DNA of 64,000 bases from Squalus acanthias (taxonomy: Eukaryota), in the NCBI GenBank assembly GCA_030390025.1, contig CM059432.1, forward strand, positions 131,132,001 through 131,196,000. Reading direction: 5' to 3'. Position 1 is the first letter of the stretch. Every line of letters starts with the position of its first letter. This document shows, piece by piece, positions 38,943 to 52,191 of the stretch. The notes beneath the pieces are model-generated. The model saw nothing but the letters and a program-made list of their open reading frames with translations, was not told the DNA's origin and did no database searches. Made by a program: the position numbers and the translations under genes.

Positions 38943-39374
38943 GTGGATTCTGGGGGGAGCTGTGTGGCGGATCGCCACCTAAAACGGGCATAATCCACTC
39001 TTCCGTCTGTGGACAAATTTCCAGCCCCTCCCCTTTAAGGCACATTACCTTTAAGGCAGAAGGGGGCGGGGCCTCAGGTTTTACCCAGAGAATTCTGGGA
39101 GTTTTTCCAGAGAATTCTGGGAGCAGTCTCTCGCAGCCATTTTGTTATAGCATGCAGTGAATAAAAGTTTCTTGTTTTCCACACATGGATTCAGCCTCCA
39201 TTCGTGTTTCGCGGCAGCCTCAACACCACGTCTCTTAAGTGAGTGGGAAAGGCCTGACCACATGTACATTTCAGCTCTACTGACTATTGCAAACAAAATT
39301 TAAAGTGGCCAGCCAGTTCTCAAAGATAGATATTAAAAATATAGCGACTTTTTAAAATGATTTTGAATACATGT

Positions 39375-41870
39375 CGAGCCCGTGCCAACTCTCTGCAAGA
39401 GCATTTCAGCTAGTCCCACTCCCCTGCCATTTCCCCGTTGCCCTGCAATTTTTTTTCCTTCAGTTACTTATTCAATTCCCTTTTGAAAGCCACGATTGAA
39501 TCTGCCTCCACCACCCTTTCAGGCAGGGCATCCAGATCCTAACCACTCGCTGCGTAAAAAAGTTTTCCCTCATGTCGCCTTTGGTTCTTCTGCCAATCAC
39601 CTTAAATCTGTGTCCTCTGGTTCTCGACCCTTCCGCCAGTGGGAACAGTTTCTCTCTATCTACTCTGTCTAGACCCCTCGTGATTTTGAACACCTCTGTC
39701 AAATCTCCGCTCAACCTTCTCTGCTCTAAGGAGAACAACTCCAGCTTCTCCAGTCTATCCACGTAACTGAAGTCCCTCATCCCTGGAACCATTCTTGTAA
39801 ATCTTTTCTGCACCCTCTCTAAGGCCTTCACATCCTTCCTAAAGTGCGGTGCCCAGAATTGGACACAATACTCCAGTTGAGGCCGGACCAGTGTTATATA
39901 AAGGTTCATCATAACTTCCTCGCTTTTGTACTCTATGCCTCTATTTATGAAGCCCAGGATCCTGTATGCTTTTTTAACCGCTTTCTCAACTTGCCCTGCC
40001 ATCTTCAACGATTTGGGCACATATACCCCCAGGTCTCTCTGTTCATGCACCCCCTTTAGAATTGTACCCTTTAGTTTATATTGCCTCTCCTTGTTCTTTC
40101 TACCAAAATGTATCACTTCGCACTTTTCTGTGTTAAATTTTATCTGCCACATGTCCACCCATTCCACCAGCCTATCTATATCCTCTTGATGGCTATCGCT
40201 ATCCTCCTCACTGTTCACTGGCCCAAAATTTGCGATTGGAGGCTTCCCGTGGGCGGATGCCTCCAACCTGTAAAAAATCTACGAATGTACCTGATGGCCT
40301 GGGAGGCATCGAGACTTGCGATCCTGGGCCTCTCCGGGTATGTGCGGGCAGAGGCCCACGTATCCCAGGGGCGCATGCGGTTCACAAGTGTCCTGGGATC
40401 ACACGGGCCAGCCTAACCAATAAAAGAAGGAAATCCCCATTCATACTTATGGGAGTTCTGTACGGAACTCCCATAAGTATGAATGGGGAACACTTAAAAA
40501 AAAAATACACGAACACATGAAATAAAAATTTTTAAATTACCTATTTAAAATTAATTAAAATGCCATTTAATTAAATATTTTAAACAAAAATTAAATTTTT
40601 TGGGGAAAAAATTGATATGTTTGAACGGGGCTAAAAAATAAACTTACCTTATTGGACAGGATTTTTAATGTATAAATGAGTAAAATTTTAATTTTTAATT
40701 TTTTACAACTCTTATGCTGGTAAAAGCTGGCCTTATGCCTACTTTTACCAGGCGTAAGAATTTCACAGGCATTCAGCGGGCGGATGTTGGGCAAATAGCG
40801 CAACTCTCCACCTGCAGAGGCCCTTTTCCTGGGGATGCGGAGGATCTGTCAAGAGAATTCTTGACAAATCGCAAGTTCCGGGTTTTAGCGCATGCGCTTC
40901 GCATGCCTAAACCCGGAACTTGCATGGCCCCTATGAGCGCGTACGCACCTCGTACGCACCCTGAGGGGTCGCAAAATACAGCCCATTATTTCCAAGTTTT
41001 GTGTCATCTGCAAATTTTGAAATTGTGCCCTGTACACCCAAGTCCAAGTCATTGATATATATCAAGAAAAGTAGTGGTCCTAGTCTAACCCCTGGGGAAC
41101 ACCACTGTATACCTTCCTCCAGTTCAAAAAACAACCGTTCACCACTACTCTCTGTTTCCTGTCACTTAGCCAATTTCGTATCCATGCTGCCACTGTCCCT
41201 TTTATTCCATGGGCTTCAACTTTGCTGACAAGCCTATTATGTGGCACTTTATCAAACGCCTTTTGGAAGTTCATGTACACCACATCAACTGCATTGCCCT
41301 CATCAACCCTCTCTGTTACCTCATCAAAAAACTCAATCAAGTTAGTTAAACATGATTTTTCTTTAAGAAATCTGTGCTGGCTTTCCTTAATTAATCTACA
41401 CTTGTCCAAGTGACTGTTAATTTTGTCCCGGATTATCGTTTCTAAAAGTTTCCCCACTACCGAGGTTAAACTGACTGGCCTGTAGTTGCTGGGTTTATCC
41501 TTACACCCTTTTTTGAACAAAGGTGTAACATTTGCAATTCTCCAATCCTCTGGCACCACCCCTGTATCTAAGGAGGATTGGAAGATTATGGCCAGTATCT
41601 CCGCAATTTCCACTTTTACTTCCCTTAGCATCGTAGGATGCATCCCATCAGGTCCTGGTGGCTTATCTACTTTAAGTACAGCCAGCCTTTCTAGTACTTC
41701 CTCTTTATCAATTTTTATCCCATCCAGTATCTCAACTACCTCCTCTTTCACGATGACCTTGGCTGCATCTTCTTCCTTGGTAAAGACAGATGCAAAGTAC
41801 TCATTTAGTACCTCAGCTATGCCCTCTGCCTCCATGCGTAGGTCTCCTAATCGGCCCCACCCCTCAACAT
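39375..41870 (-). mobile_element. 5'-truncated CR1 interrupted by a MITE
   Basis: ORFs 41080..41835, 40931..41134 (FADD) and 39472..40266. Confidence 0.9.
40220..40984. mobile_element. Hairpin-rich Harbinger-type MITE
   Basis: TIR GGCCCAAAATTTGCGA / TCGCAAAATACAGCCC. Interrupts CR1 RT just after FADDTKLG. Perfect 25-bp internal stem at 40434-40489. Confidence 0.75.
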
Positions 41871-42132
41871 ATTAACCTTTCTATGCCTTAACAGCACAAA
41901 ATGCCAATGAATTGCAGATAGTGGTAGAATCATTAGGGTAACATTTTTGTTGGGTGAGCAGAGATCAGGAAATTGCAAGGCTGGCAGTCCTAGCTGGTCC
42001 CAAACAAAAATGCCCCTGTGTATTCAGAATGCTGATAAAGGGCTTTGTCAGGGCTGTTTCTCTATCTGATGTTCAGGCAGAAGTGCCATTGGATGGGGCT
42101 TCCACTCATTGTAATCATATTAAATGGAAGTT

Positions 42133-44250
42133 CCCAGGAATCAGTCTGGTGAACCGTCGCTGCACTCCCTCTATGGCAAGTATATCCTTTCTTAGGTAAG
42201 GAGACCAAAACTTCGCACAGTACTCCAGGTGTGGTCTCACCAAGGCCCTGTATAACTGTAGTAAGACATCCTTGCTCCTGTACTCAAATCCTCTTGCAAT
42301 GAAGGCCAACATACCATTTGCCTTCCTAACTGCTTGCTGCACCTGCATGTTTGCTTTCAGTGACTGGTGTACAAGTACACCCAGGTCCCTTTGTACATCA
42401 ACATTTCCCAATCTATTACCATTTAAATAATTCTCTGCCTTTCTGTTTTTCCTACCGAAGTGGATAACTTCACATTTATCCACGTTATACTGCATCTGCC
42501 ATGTATTTGCCCACTCACTCAACTTGTCTAAATCGCCTTGAAGCCTCTTTGCATCCTTCTCACAACTCACAATCCCACCTAGTTTTGTGTCGTCAGCAAA
42601 CTTGGAAATATTACATTTGGTTCTCTCATCCAAATCATTGATATATATTGTGAATAGCTGGGGCCCAAGCACTGATCCCTGTGGTACCCCACTAGTCACC
42701 GCCTGCCACCCCGCAAAAATACCCATTTATTCCTACTCTCTGTTTCCTGTCTGTTAACCAATTTTCAATCCATGCCAGTATATTACCTCTAATCCCATGT
42801 GCTTTAATTTTGCACACTAACCTCTTATGTGGGACTTTATCAAAGGCCTTCTGAAAATTCAAATGCACCACATCCACTGGTTCTCCCTTATCTATTCTAC
42901 CAGTTACATCCTCAAAAAAACTGCAGTAGGTTTGTCAAACACGATTTCCCTTTCATAAATCCATGTTGACTTTGTCTAATCCCGTTGATATTTTCTAAGT
43001 GTCCTGTTATCACATCCTTTATAATAGACTAGCATTTTCTCTACTACTGATGTTAGGCTATAGTTCCCTATTTTCTCTCTCCCTCTCCCTCTCTCCCTCC
43101 TTTTTTAAATAGTGTGGTTACATTTGCCACCCTCCAATCTGCAGGAACTGTTCCATAATCTATAGAATTTTGGAAGATGACAACCAATGCATCCACTATT
43201 TCCATGGCTACCTCTTTTAGTACTCTAGGATGCAGATTATCAGGCCCTGGGGATTTATCGGCTTTCAGTCCCATTAATTTCTCCAGCACTATTTTTTTTA
43301 CTAATACTAATTTCCTTTAATTCCTCCTTCTCACTAGACCCTTGGTTCCCTAGCATTTCTGGGAAGTTATTTGTGTCCTCTTCCGTGAAGACAGAACCAA
43401 AGTATTTGTTTAATTGCTCTGCCATTTCCTTGCTCCCCATTATAAATTCTCCCGTTTCTGACTGTAAGGGACCTACATTTGTCTTCACTAATCTTTTTCT
43501 TTTTACATACTTGTAGAAGCTTTTACAGTCTGCTTTTATGTTCCTTGCAAGTTTACTCTCATACTCTATTTTTCCCCTCTTAACCAATCTCTTGGTCCTT
43601 TTTTGCTGAATTCTAAACTGCTCCCAATCCTCAGGCTTGCTACTTTTTCTGGCAACTTTATATGACTCCTCTTTGGATCTAATACTATCCTTAATTTCTT
43701 TTGTTAGCCATGGTTGGGCCGCTTTTCCTTTTGAGTTTTTGCGCCAGAAAGGAATGTATAACTGTTGCAATTCATGCATTCGTTCCTTAAATGTTAGCCA
43801 TTGCCTATCCACCATCATGCCTTTTAATGAAGCTCCCCAATCTATCATAGCCAACTCACTCTTCATACCTTCGTAGTTTCCTTTGTTTAGATTTAGGACC
43901 CTAGTTTCGGATTGGACTTCTTCACTTTCCATCTTAATGAAGAATTCTATCATGTTATGGTCACTCTTCCCTAAAGGACCCCGCACAACAAGATTATTAA
44001 TTAACCCAATACCCAATCTAGGATAGCCTGTTCCCTAGTTGGCTCCTCAATGTACTGGTCTAAAAAACCATCTCGTACACACTCCAGGAATTCATCCTCC
44101 ACAGTATTATTGCGAATTTGGTTTGGCCAGTCTATATGTAGATTAAAGTCACCCATGATTACTGTAGTACCCTTGTTACATGCATCTCTAATTTCCTGTT
44201 TGATGCCATCCCCGACATTACCACTACTGTTTTGGAGGCCTATAGACAAC
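42133..44250 (-). mobile_element. CR1 ORF2 internal fragment
   Basis: ORFs 44001..44249, 43255..44016 and 42115..42726 are close to the CR1 at 12417. Confidence 0.9.
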
Positions 44251-45232
44251 TCCTACAGTCTAGCAAAGCTGAATACTGAAAATTAGTAAAAGGAATTTAG
44301 CTGGTTATGTTTCGGTGACTCACTTTCCCATATACAAGAACCAGAGAAGAGAGAAGACTGAGACAGCTCGGAGCCTCCCTACTTCTCTTCCCTAGCCTTT
44401 CTAGCAGAAACAAGGGTGATTCAGCCATAAACAAGGCCATCCCAGACGTACCTAGCACCTGCAGTCTGAAACCTGTGGATTCTGCAGAATAGCAGTTCTA
44501 ACAAAAGGCTTGAGGTCATTTAACTCTTGCAATGCCTAATCCCTCCAAATACACTCAAAAGCCCCCTTTCTTACATTGTACCTGTCTTGACATTAATTCA
44601 CCAACTCTAATTCTCCCTCCTTCTTAGTCCTTTATCTTTTTATTTCTCAATCCACGAATCTCATTCATTAAGGAGATACACTGCCCTGTTGTTCACCAAG
44701 ATCCCAGATGCCCTGTTTCCCTTGCTGTGGCTTTATCAGCTCGCACTTCCAGCAACTTTGTGGGCAAAATTTTTTAAAACCTAAACGTACACAAACAAGT
44801 CTACCTAACACTCTAGCAAAATCTGGCCCAATATATCTCCACTATTGAGCCGTGACCTGCTTTCTCCTTATACAGCTCTCTGTCCTTCCCTCCCCAGCTC
44901 CAGCAGCATGGCAGCCATATGTCTACAGAATATTTGATCATCTGTCTTCATATATCCTTAATCTTCAATCCCATTACAAAACAGATTTTTTCATCTTTTC
45001 TGAAAGAGTTGATCAACACAGCATTGAGTGTATTTCTGTAAGAATAGATTTTCTGACATTTACTGTTCCTGTATGGATGCTTAATACACTCATAAAATTC
45101 TTTGTATCTTTTTTAACACATTTGTATGGAATGGTGGGGGAATCAAGAACAAAGGAACATAATAAAATTAGAGCTAGGCCATTCAGGAGCGAAATCAGGA
45201 AACACTTTTCACATCAACAGTTGGAAAATCTA

Positions 45233-45560
45233 CCCTTTAATCTCTAGCTTTACTTGTTAATTTTATAACCTGAATCACCCCTTTAATCTCTAGCTTTACT
45301 TGTTAATTTTATAACATGAATCACCCCTTTAATCTCTAGCTTTACTTGTTAATTTTATAACCTGAATCACCCCTTTAATCTCTAGCTTTACTTGTTAATT
45401 TTATAACCTGAATCACCCCTTTAATCTCTAGCTTTACTTGTTAATTTTATAACCTGAATCACCCCTTTAATCTCTAGCTTTACTTGTTCATTTTATAACC
45501 TGAATCACCCCTTTAATCTCTAGTCTTGCTTGTTAATTTTATAGCCTAAATCAACATTTT
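45233..45560. repeat. 46-bp minisatellite (about 7 copies)
   Basis: Unit CCCTTTAATCTCTAGCTTTACTTGTTAATTTTATAACCTGAATCAC. Confidence 0.95.
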
Positions 45561-45906
45561 GATCTTTTTGTACTTCACTGCTTTCTTTAAGTAAACCAAA
45601 CTGAAGAGGACCCACTTTAGAGCAGGAAAGGGAATGTTCACAAAGATAATGTGACTTCAGGACATCACAGATATCAAAACATTTCAAATATTATTTCCAA
45701 TGGTGATCTGAATTTGTGGTGATGTTATGGGAAGATACTTTGATTTTAAAATGCACTCACAATTACTTAGCGGGTAATTCTGTCAAACACATTGGTGAGC
45801 AAAATAAATTTATCAACATTGTACGACATTGAATGATTAATGCTTCAAAACATGAGTTCCTTTTCATCATGGAGTTGTCATAACAAAAACATTTCTTTTT
45901 TTTTAG

Positions 45907-46016
45907 GTCGACATGATGCAGCAATGTTACTCTTGCAGCTTGGTTGTTATGCTGGTGCTACAGATGCTTATGATCAAAGTTGCTTGAATATAATGTTGCT
46001 CAAAATGCCTCATGTG
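45907..46016 (+). CDS. Host gene exon D: (G)RHDAAMLLLQLGCYAGATDAYDQSCLNIMLLKMPHV
   Basis: Polypyrimidine tract plus TAG acceptor, GTGAGA donor. 110 nt, phase 1/0. Completes the ankyrin repeat begun in exon C. Confidence 0.85.
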
Positions 46017-46872
46017 GTGAGATGTTAAAACTACTTAGATTCACTGAAAAAGCTTGTGACTTCATGGAGCGATGCTTAATGTTGTCTTTCAGCATTGATC
46101 TACACTGGTGAAATGTTTTGCAGATATGTAAAAACAATTTATATGAATCCTTGTGGTTTAAGTGGTCACCACTAGAAGATGTTTGATTACCTTTTTGTAA
46201 GACTTATGCGACAAGGTTCCTCTGTCACTCCTATTTGTAATGATAATTGAACATCTGGTAGTGACTAGTCATTCTTATTAACAATTTTTGTTCCCATTGA
46301 TAGTAGTTGTAATACATTTTCCTGTTCGTCACACGACGCAAGTGACCCATTCTTTTTGTATCTCTCGCATACTGCTGGAGTGAACCAATTCTAGGCCATG
46401 ATCAACTGGGATTAAATCACATAAAGGACGACCTCTTGTTTTAAGATTTTTTTTGACGACCTGATGTCATGACATTCCCATGTGATCAACGCTACTCTCT
46501 GGCCTGCCCTAAAGTATTAGTTCATTACTTTTAGCTCTGGAAAACATTTGCTGATGGTGCACAAGATTTCTTCAGTTAGTGTCACTCTGCTAAACACCAG
46601 AATCAACTTCTGTTGACTCTGGTCGACGCTCTGTTCCTTTCAGCTCTCTGGATCCACTGTATTTTTGAGTTTTGACTCCACTGGTGCCTCTGCTGATTTA
46701 GTACTCGTCTGACAGCAGCTGGAACAACCACCCTTCTCCCTGATTCTGAATCTGGACCGCTCTCCTTCATTGGTCAGTGGCTGATCAAAGCTACCCTCCA
46801 CCCCTGTCTACAAGTGGAATTAACCCACTGCAGCCTGCTGGCCCTAAGACCAATTCTGGATATCGTAATATT

Positions 46873-49800
46873 GACCCTGATATTCCTTTAGAGACTGTAC
46901 CTGTGTGCACCAAAAGTGCACTCTGCTCGAATGTGATTGCTGCACCTGTATTTGGTTAGGTGGTTAATTTGCATCATGTGGGTGTGCACCAGGAGTTCAC
47001 AGTGCATTTGATTGGGCACACACCATTTGGTGGGAGAAATTTAAGATCTAAAGGCCTGCAGCACCTTGAAGGCATACTGCCTTGGGCTAGAACCTTTTAC
47101 TTTGGTTGACTTTGATCTTCAGTATCATTTTTGATGGTTGACCTTGACTTTCAGTGGAATCTTTTGTGGCTAATCTTGCCCTGTGGCAACATTTTCTGTG
47201 ATAGCAAGTTTTTTGGGGCTGTCTGGAAGTTACTGGTTTTAATTTCAGCAAAAGGATGGCAGGCAGTACTGGAAGAAGTAGCAGGGTCCCCTGCTTTGAT
47301 GGGGAAGCAGTAGAGATGATGCTTCAGGAAGTGGAATGCCGGAGGAATGTTGTCTTTTCCCACCAAAGCTGCAGGATCTCTAAATCTTTGGGTTAAAAAA
47401 ATGGGAGGAGGCAGCAGACAGAGTCAATGGGCTGGATTTTCATTACCTGTGGAGGTGGGTTTGGAGGCGTGTGGGGTGTTAAAATTGCGAAAACTGGCAG
47501 GCGGGCACAAGCCCGCCTCCATCCCGCCTCCACGCAATTTTCATTAAATCGTGTCTGCTGGTCCCGACTCCGTCCCGCCTCTAAGAGGCGAGATAGGCTG
47601 TTAAGGCCCTTAACAAGCACTAAATTGCCTCTATAATGCCATTTTGAAAGGCCTTTGTGATTTTAACCCTTTTTCTACGTGAACCATGCCTGTTCTGAAC
47701 CATGAATGTGAAACCTGGCGGGAGCATATTTGGTTGGCTGGCTGACTGACTGATCTGGCTGTGGTGGTGCATGGGAGACATATCTGGGAGTGGTGGTGCA
47801 AAAATATCTGGGAGCAGACTTAGGACTGCTGCTGCTCATTTTGCATCCAGGTCCTCTCACAGCAAAGGCCAGGCAGTCTTTGCAGACCTTCAATGCAGCA
47901 GCAATGATTACATCATCAGAGGCGACTTTCAGACTGAAAACACTAATTGGGTCATGGGTTCCCACATGCTGGAACTCAATTGCCCAATTAGGTGAAAATC
48001 GCATCAATCTCCCACATCCAATTGCAGTCGGGTGGATAACACAAAGTGGATGACACGACCCCAACCCGCCCCAGTATCAAAATCCAGCCCAATGCCTCTA
48101 GCACAATGCAGAGGAGGTGACTGCTGTGCTAGAAGAAATTCAACAGCCTCACCAGGAGAGGTAAGGTAGGTGAGAGACATTGTCCCTATTATCTCTATTG
48201 TCCACCAATTGGTCATTGCATCATCTTGTACCTCTTACCCATGTATTCCTTCACTTTCAATGCACCTTTCCATGACTGTCCCGAAGGTTCATCATGTACT
48301 TTCCATGATCTCTCTTGTCCACTCTCTATTCCTTTTGCACAAGGAGTCCAGGATAACCTGCAGCCAACTCTTTCTCTGACTTACACTTGCATGCCTCATT
48401 TTTCCAAGTAGTGCACCTTTGCACATGGGGGTAAATAGAATTAGGGCAGACATACTCACCTTTTTATCCCTTCCTCTTGTTTTGTAGGAGAAAGCTGCAA
48501 ATAACAGATGGTAGATGCTTGATACTGGAGGATCACATCCACAATTGTGCATTTGACCCATATGCGAAGCATGCCCTGCAAATTTAGGGCTTGGATTTTG
48601 ATGAGATAGGCAGGAGATGGTGAACCAAAAGCCATGGCTCCAGTTCAAGGTTTGTACCAAACTGCTCCTTCTTTCACACTCCATACTACATACTCCTACA
48701 AGCACTGATGCACAAGCTACCATACATCATCCCTATCAAGCCAGCTACATGATGAATATAGCTCTTCTGTATGTAGCTCTGAGGACTTCCCTTAACATTT
48801 TCCTCTTCCTGATTCCTCAGGTATATGACCAGAAGCTGCAGCACCCTTTCTCCACCAAAAGACTTTCAACAGCACCTCACCTAGGACCTTGTCACTGAAT
48901 CTTACTCAAGCAAGTACCAGCACAGAGTTAATCATGGGACCTAGATAGTCAATTTGAGGGGTGCACCCTGGGTGATTCATAGTGCAGAGGTGAGCAGCAG
49001 CTAGAGGAGAGGGTGCCAGAAGAGCAGGTAGCACCTGTCGCCTCCCTCCCCAGTTACACCTATAGAGGTCTAGGGTTCAGCTTTTAAAAAAAGAATGCTT
49101 TCAAAACATGTTGTTTTTGGGTGATTTGCAAAACAACTTCCAAAACATGGTCGAAAGTGTGGAGAAATCTACTTGGATGCATGTGTGGCGTGCTTGGCCA
49201 AGGCACATAAAGCATGCAGTCAGCCTTGACCAAGTGGCAGCTCCAGGCATTTCTGCAGTGCAGCCCTTTACAGCGGAGACCCTTCTCACAGCAATGTTGG
49301 CTTCCAGACAGGAATCTCACCACCTCATTAGCCAGGAAAGCTGGTGAGCTTGACAATGAAATAAGAGATGGGTAATGGCTTTCACAATGCCATTGCTCCA
49401 ATGGTGCCTGCACACCCACCTTTCACTGGACCCAGTGACATGGAGGCTGGCAGCAGTGGTAGGCCAGAGGTTGCTATCTCTCCAGATGACAACACATTTA
49501 TGCTAGTCCAAATCCCCTCCAACTCCCCACCCCGATTACTTCACAGGAGCTTGACAGTGTGCAGGACTAGGCTGGCACTGCACAAGCCTCAAGCAGAACC
49601 ATTTGGGGTCAATGCTGTCAGAGGTATACGTTCATCATTCTCTTGGGTGATTCGATGACACTCCGCTGACAGCCATCTCTCCAACTCCTTCCACAGAGAC
49701 AGCGCTGAGAAGAAGTATTGTTTTAGAAGAACACAACACGCAATCACTGATGGGATGGGAAACCACCGTGGGAACAAATACAGTGGAATGTGGTAGTTGT

Positions 49801-50173
49801 GTTAATATACCAGGCTCTTTCAGGAGAATGTTTCATTAACTGATATTTGTTGAATGCTGTCTGCCATTTTAAAAAAGCACTGCCTCATGTATGCAACCTC
49901 CTGCATCAGTAGCCTTTTTTTAAGGACAGTCAGCACTTCATTTACGACCAGCAGAAGTGGAAAAAGCTAATCAGAGGTTCCTATTAACCTACTTTTCCTG
50001 AGATTTAAATGGAATTTACATAGCAACACCTGTTTCAGATGCACCTTCACCTGTCACCCACAGGAATTAAAAAGGCAGCACAACTGGGGTGGAAACCTAG
50101 CAAGACAAGTCTACCCATTTTTGCACCCCAACATCGGATTAAAATCTGCTGCTATTTAGAGGACTATCGGGCC
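46873..50173. mobile_element. Old, decayed Harbinger element with + strand Myb/SANT gene remnant
   Basis: Imperfect TIR GACCCTGATATTCCT / AGGACTATCGGGCC with TSD ATT. MAGSTGRSSRVPCFDGEAVEMML at 47256, KKFNSLTRRGK at about 48135, exon-2-like EKAANN...TGG at about 48488. Confidence 0.65.
47429..48090. mobile_element. Harbinger MITE inserted in the SANT exon of the older element
   Basis: TIR GGGCTGGATTTT / AAAATCCAGCCC, TSD AAT. Shorter inverted relative at 61732-62098. Confidence 0.85.
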
Positions 50174-50769
50174 ATTGTCTCCTCTATGCTTTCTGTTTAA
50201 GATCATTACCTGTCCCTCTTAATCTCTGGAATTTCCTTTGTGTCTTTTCATATGCGCTCTTCTCCACGGGAAACCTTCTCTTGCTTCAAGCACCTCGCTC
50301 TGTTCCGTTCCTCTCACCTTTCCTTTAAAATTGTCAATGTACGTCTCCCCTTTCCCCCAAGCTTCTTGTCCAGCTCTTCCCTCACTTGGTTCCATTCTTC
50401 CTCATTGAATAATAGCCAGAGTATCTCCAGCAATAACTTTTCCTCCAATTCCTACATTGTCACCTCCGGAGTCTGCCAAGGATCCATCCTTGGCCCTTTC
50501 CTCTTCCTCATCTACATGCTGCCCTTTGGCGACATCATCTGCAGATATAGAATTTGCTTTCTAAAAACTTTGCTCATGGGATATGGGCAACGCTGGCAAG
50601 GTCACAACCCTAGCTATGCTGAAAAGGTCATGGCGGGCCACCTTCTTGAACTGCTTAAGTCCTTGTGTTGGTGCTCCCACAAAACCTGGGTTGTTGCTGG
50701 TTTTTAAAATTATATTAAAGTTGGTAGTAATTGTTTGGAACTGAATTGCTTGCTAGGCCACTTCAAAGG

Positions 50770-51250
50770 TCATTTACTTCAGAGGGCATTACCAGAATGA
50801 TACCGGAAAAGGGTTAAATTATGTGGACAGGTTGCATAAACCTGATTTGTTTTACCTTGTGTTTGATTGAGGGGTTATCTAATCAAGGTGTTTAAAATGA
50901 TAAACGGATTCTTTAGGGTAGATACAGAGAAACTATTTTCTCTTCTGGGGGAAAATCAAGAATAAAGGGGCATTATATTAAAATTGAAGCTTAGCCAGTT
51001 AGGAGCGAAATCAGGAAGCCTTTTTCAACACAAATGGTAGTGGAAATCTAGGACTCTCTCCCCCAAAAAGACTGTGGATGATGGGTCAATTGAAATTTTC
51101 AAGACTGAGATCAATAGATTTTTGTTAGGTAAGGGTATAAAAGGATACGGAGAAAAGGTGGGTAAATGGAGTTAAGGTACAGATCAGTCATGATCTAATG
51201 GAATGGCAGGAGAGGCTCAAAGGGCTGAGTGACCTACTCATGTTTTTATG
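50770..51250 (+). mobile_element. Degenerate CR1 3' fragment
   Basis: Collinear with the 21060-21540 3' end. Confidence 0.7.
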
Positions 51251-52191
51251 TCAACCATGTGCTGTGGGACTGGAGTTAAGTATAAGCCAGATCAGATCAT
51301 ACCAGTTAGGGATGGCTAGTTCCCTTCTATGAAGTGCATTAGTCAGCCAGTTGGGCCTTTACAACAAACTGGTATTATGCTCACCCTCAATTTATCAGAT
51401 TTATTTCACAACTTGCCATAAGATTTCAACTCACAACTTCTAGTACTAGTACTGTAACCATTACGCTACCGCATCCATGTATACAGCTCTGCTTCTCCAC
51501 CACCTTGACCTCTCAACCAAATAGTTTTCCCCTATTTACTTTATCAAAATCCTCATAATTTTTTAAAGCTCTATCAGACCTCATAGGAACACAGGACAAT
51601 AAAAGACCGTTGCAGCCCATTTGACTGGTCCCTCTTAACCTCTCTGTTACAATGAAAAGATCCCCAGTATATTTGTCTCTTCTCATCCCTGCATATCTTC
51701 TTTAGTAAACCTCATCAGCATACTCTTCATGGTCTCTATTCTTCTCAAAACTGGACACAATATTGGAACTGTGGCCTAACCAATGATTTGTATAGATTTA
51801 GCATTACTCTTTGCTTTATACTCTGTGCCCTAAGTATAAAACTTAGGCTCCCATATGCTCCTTTTATGGCTTCATCAACTTCATCCACTTCTAAAGACTT
51901 CTGAATCGGAACCTCTAAGGCCGCGATTTTATCATTGGTGGCGGGTTGGGTGCGGGTCAGGTGATCGGTGGGTTCCGGTCCCGCCTCCGCTTTCAGCTGG
52001 TCAAAAATTGAGATTTTGCCCTAATTGGGCTATTGAGTCCCTGTGTGCGCGCTACCCTGGCCAATTAGTGGTTTGGGGTCTGCTGCTCGCCTCTGCTGAC
52101 GTCTGTCAGCCAGCTGCATTTAAGGGGCCCTTGCAGCCTTCTTTCATTCTCTCATTATTTGATGCTGGATTTTGTTCCGCCAACTGCTGCC

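Larger units (their letters stand above)
34828..39225 (+). mobile_element. Full-length Ty3/Gypsy LTR retrotransposon, CsRn1-like
   Basis: 263-bp TG...CA LTRs (34828-35090, 38963-39225) with 2 mismatches. TSD CCAC. PBS TGGTGACCCCGACG. Polypurine tract GGGGGGAG at 38952. Confidence 0.97.
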
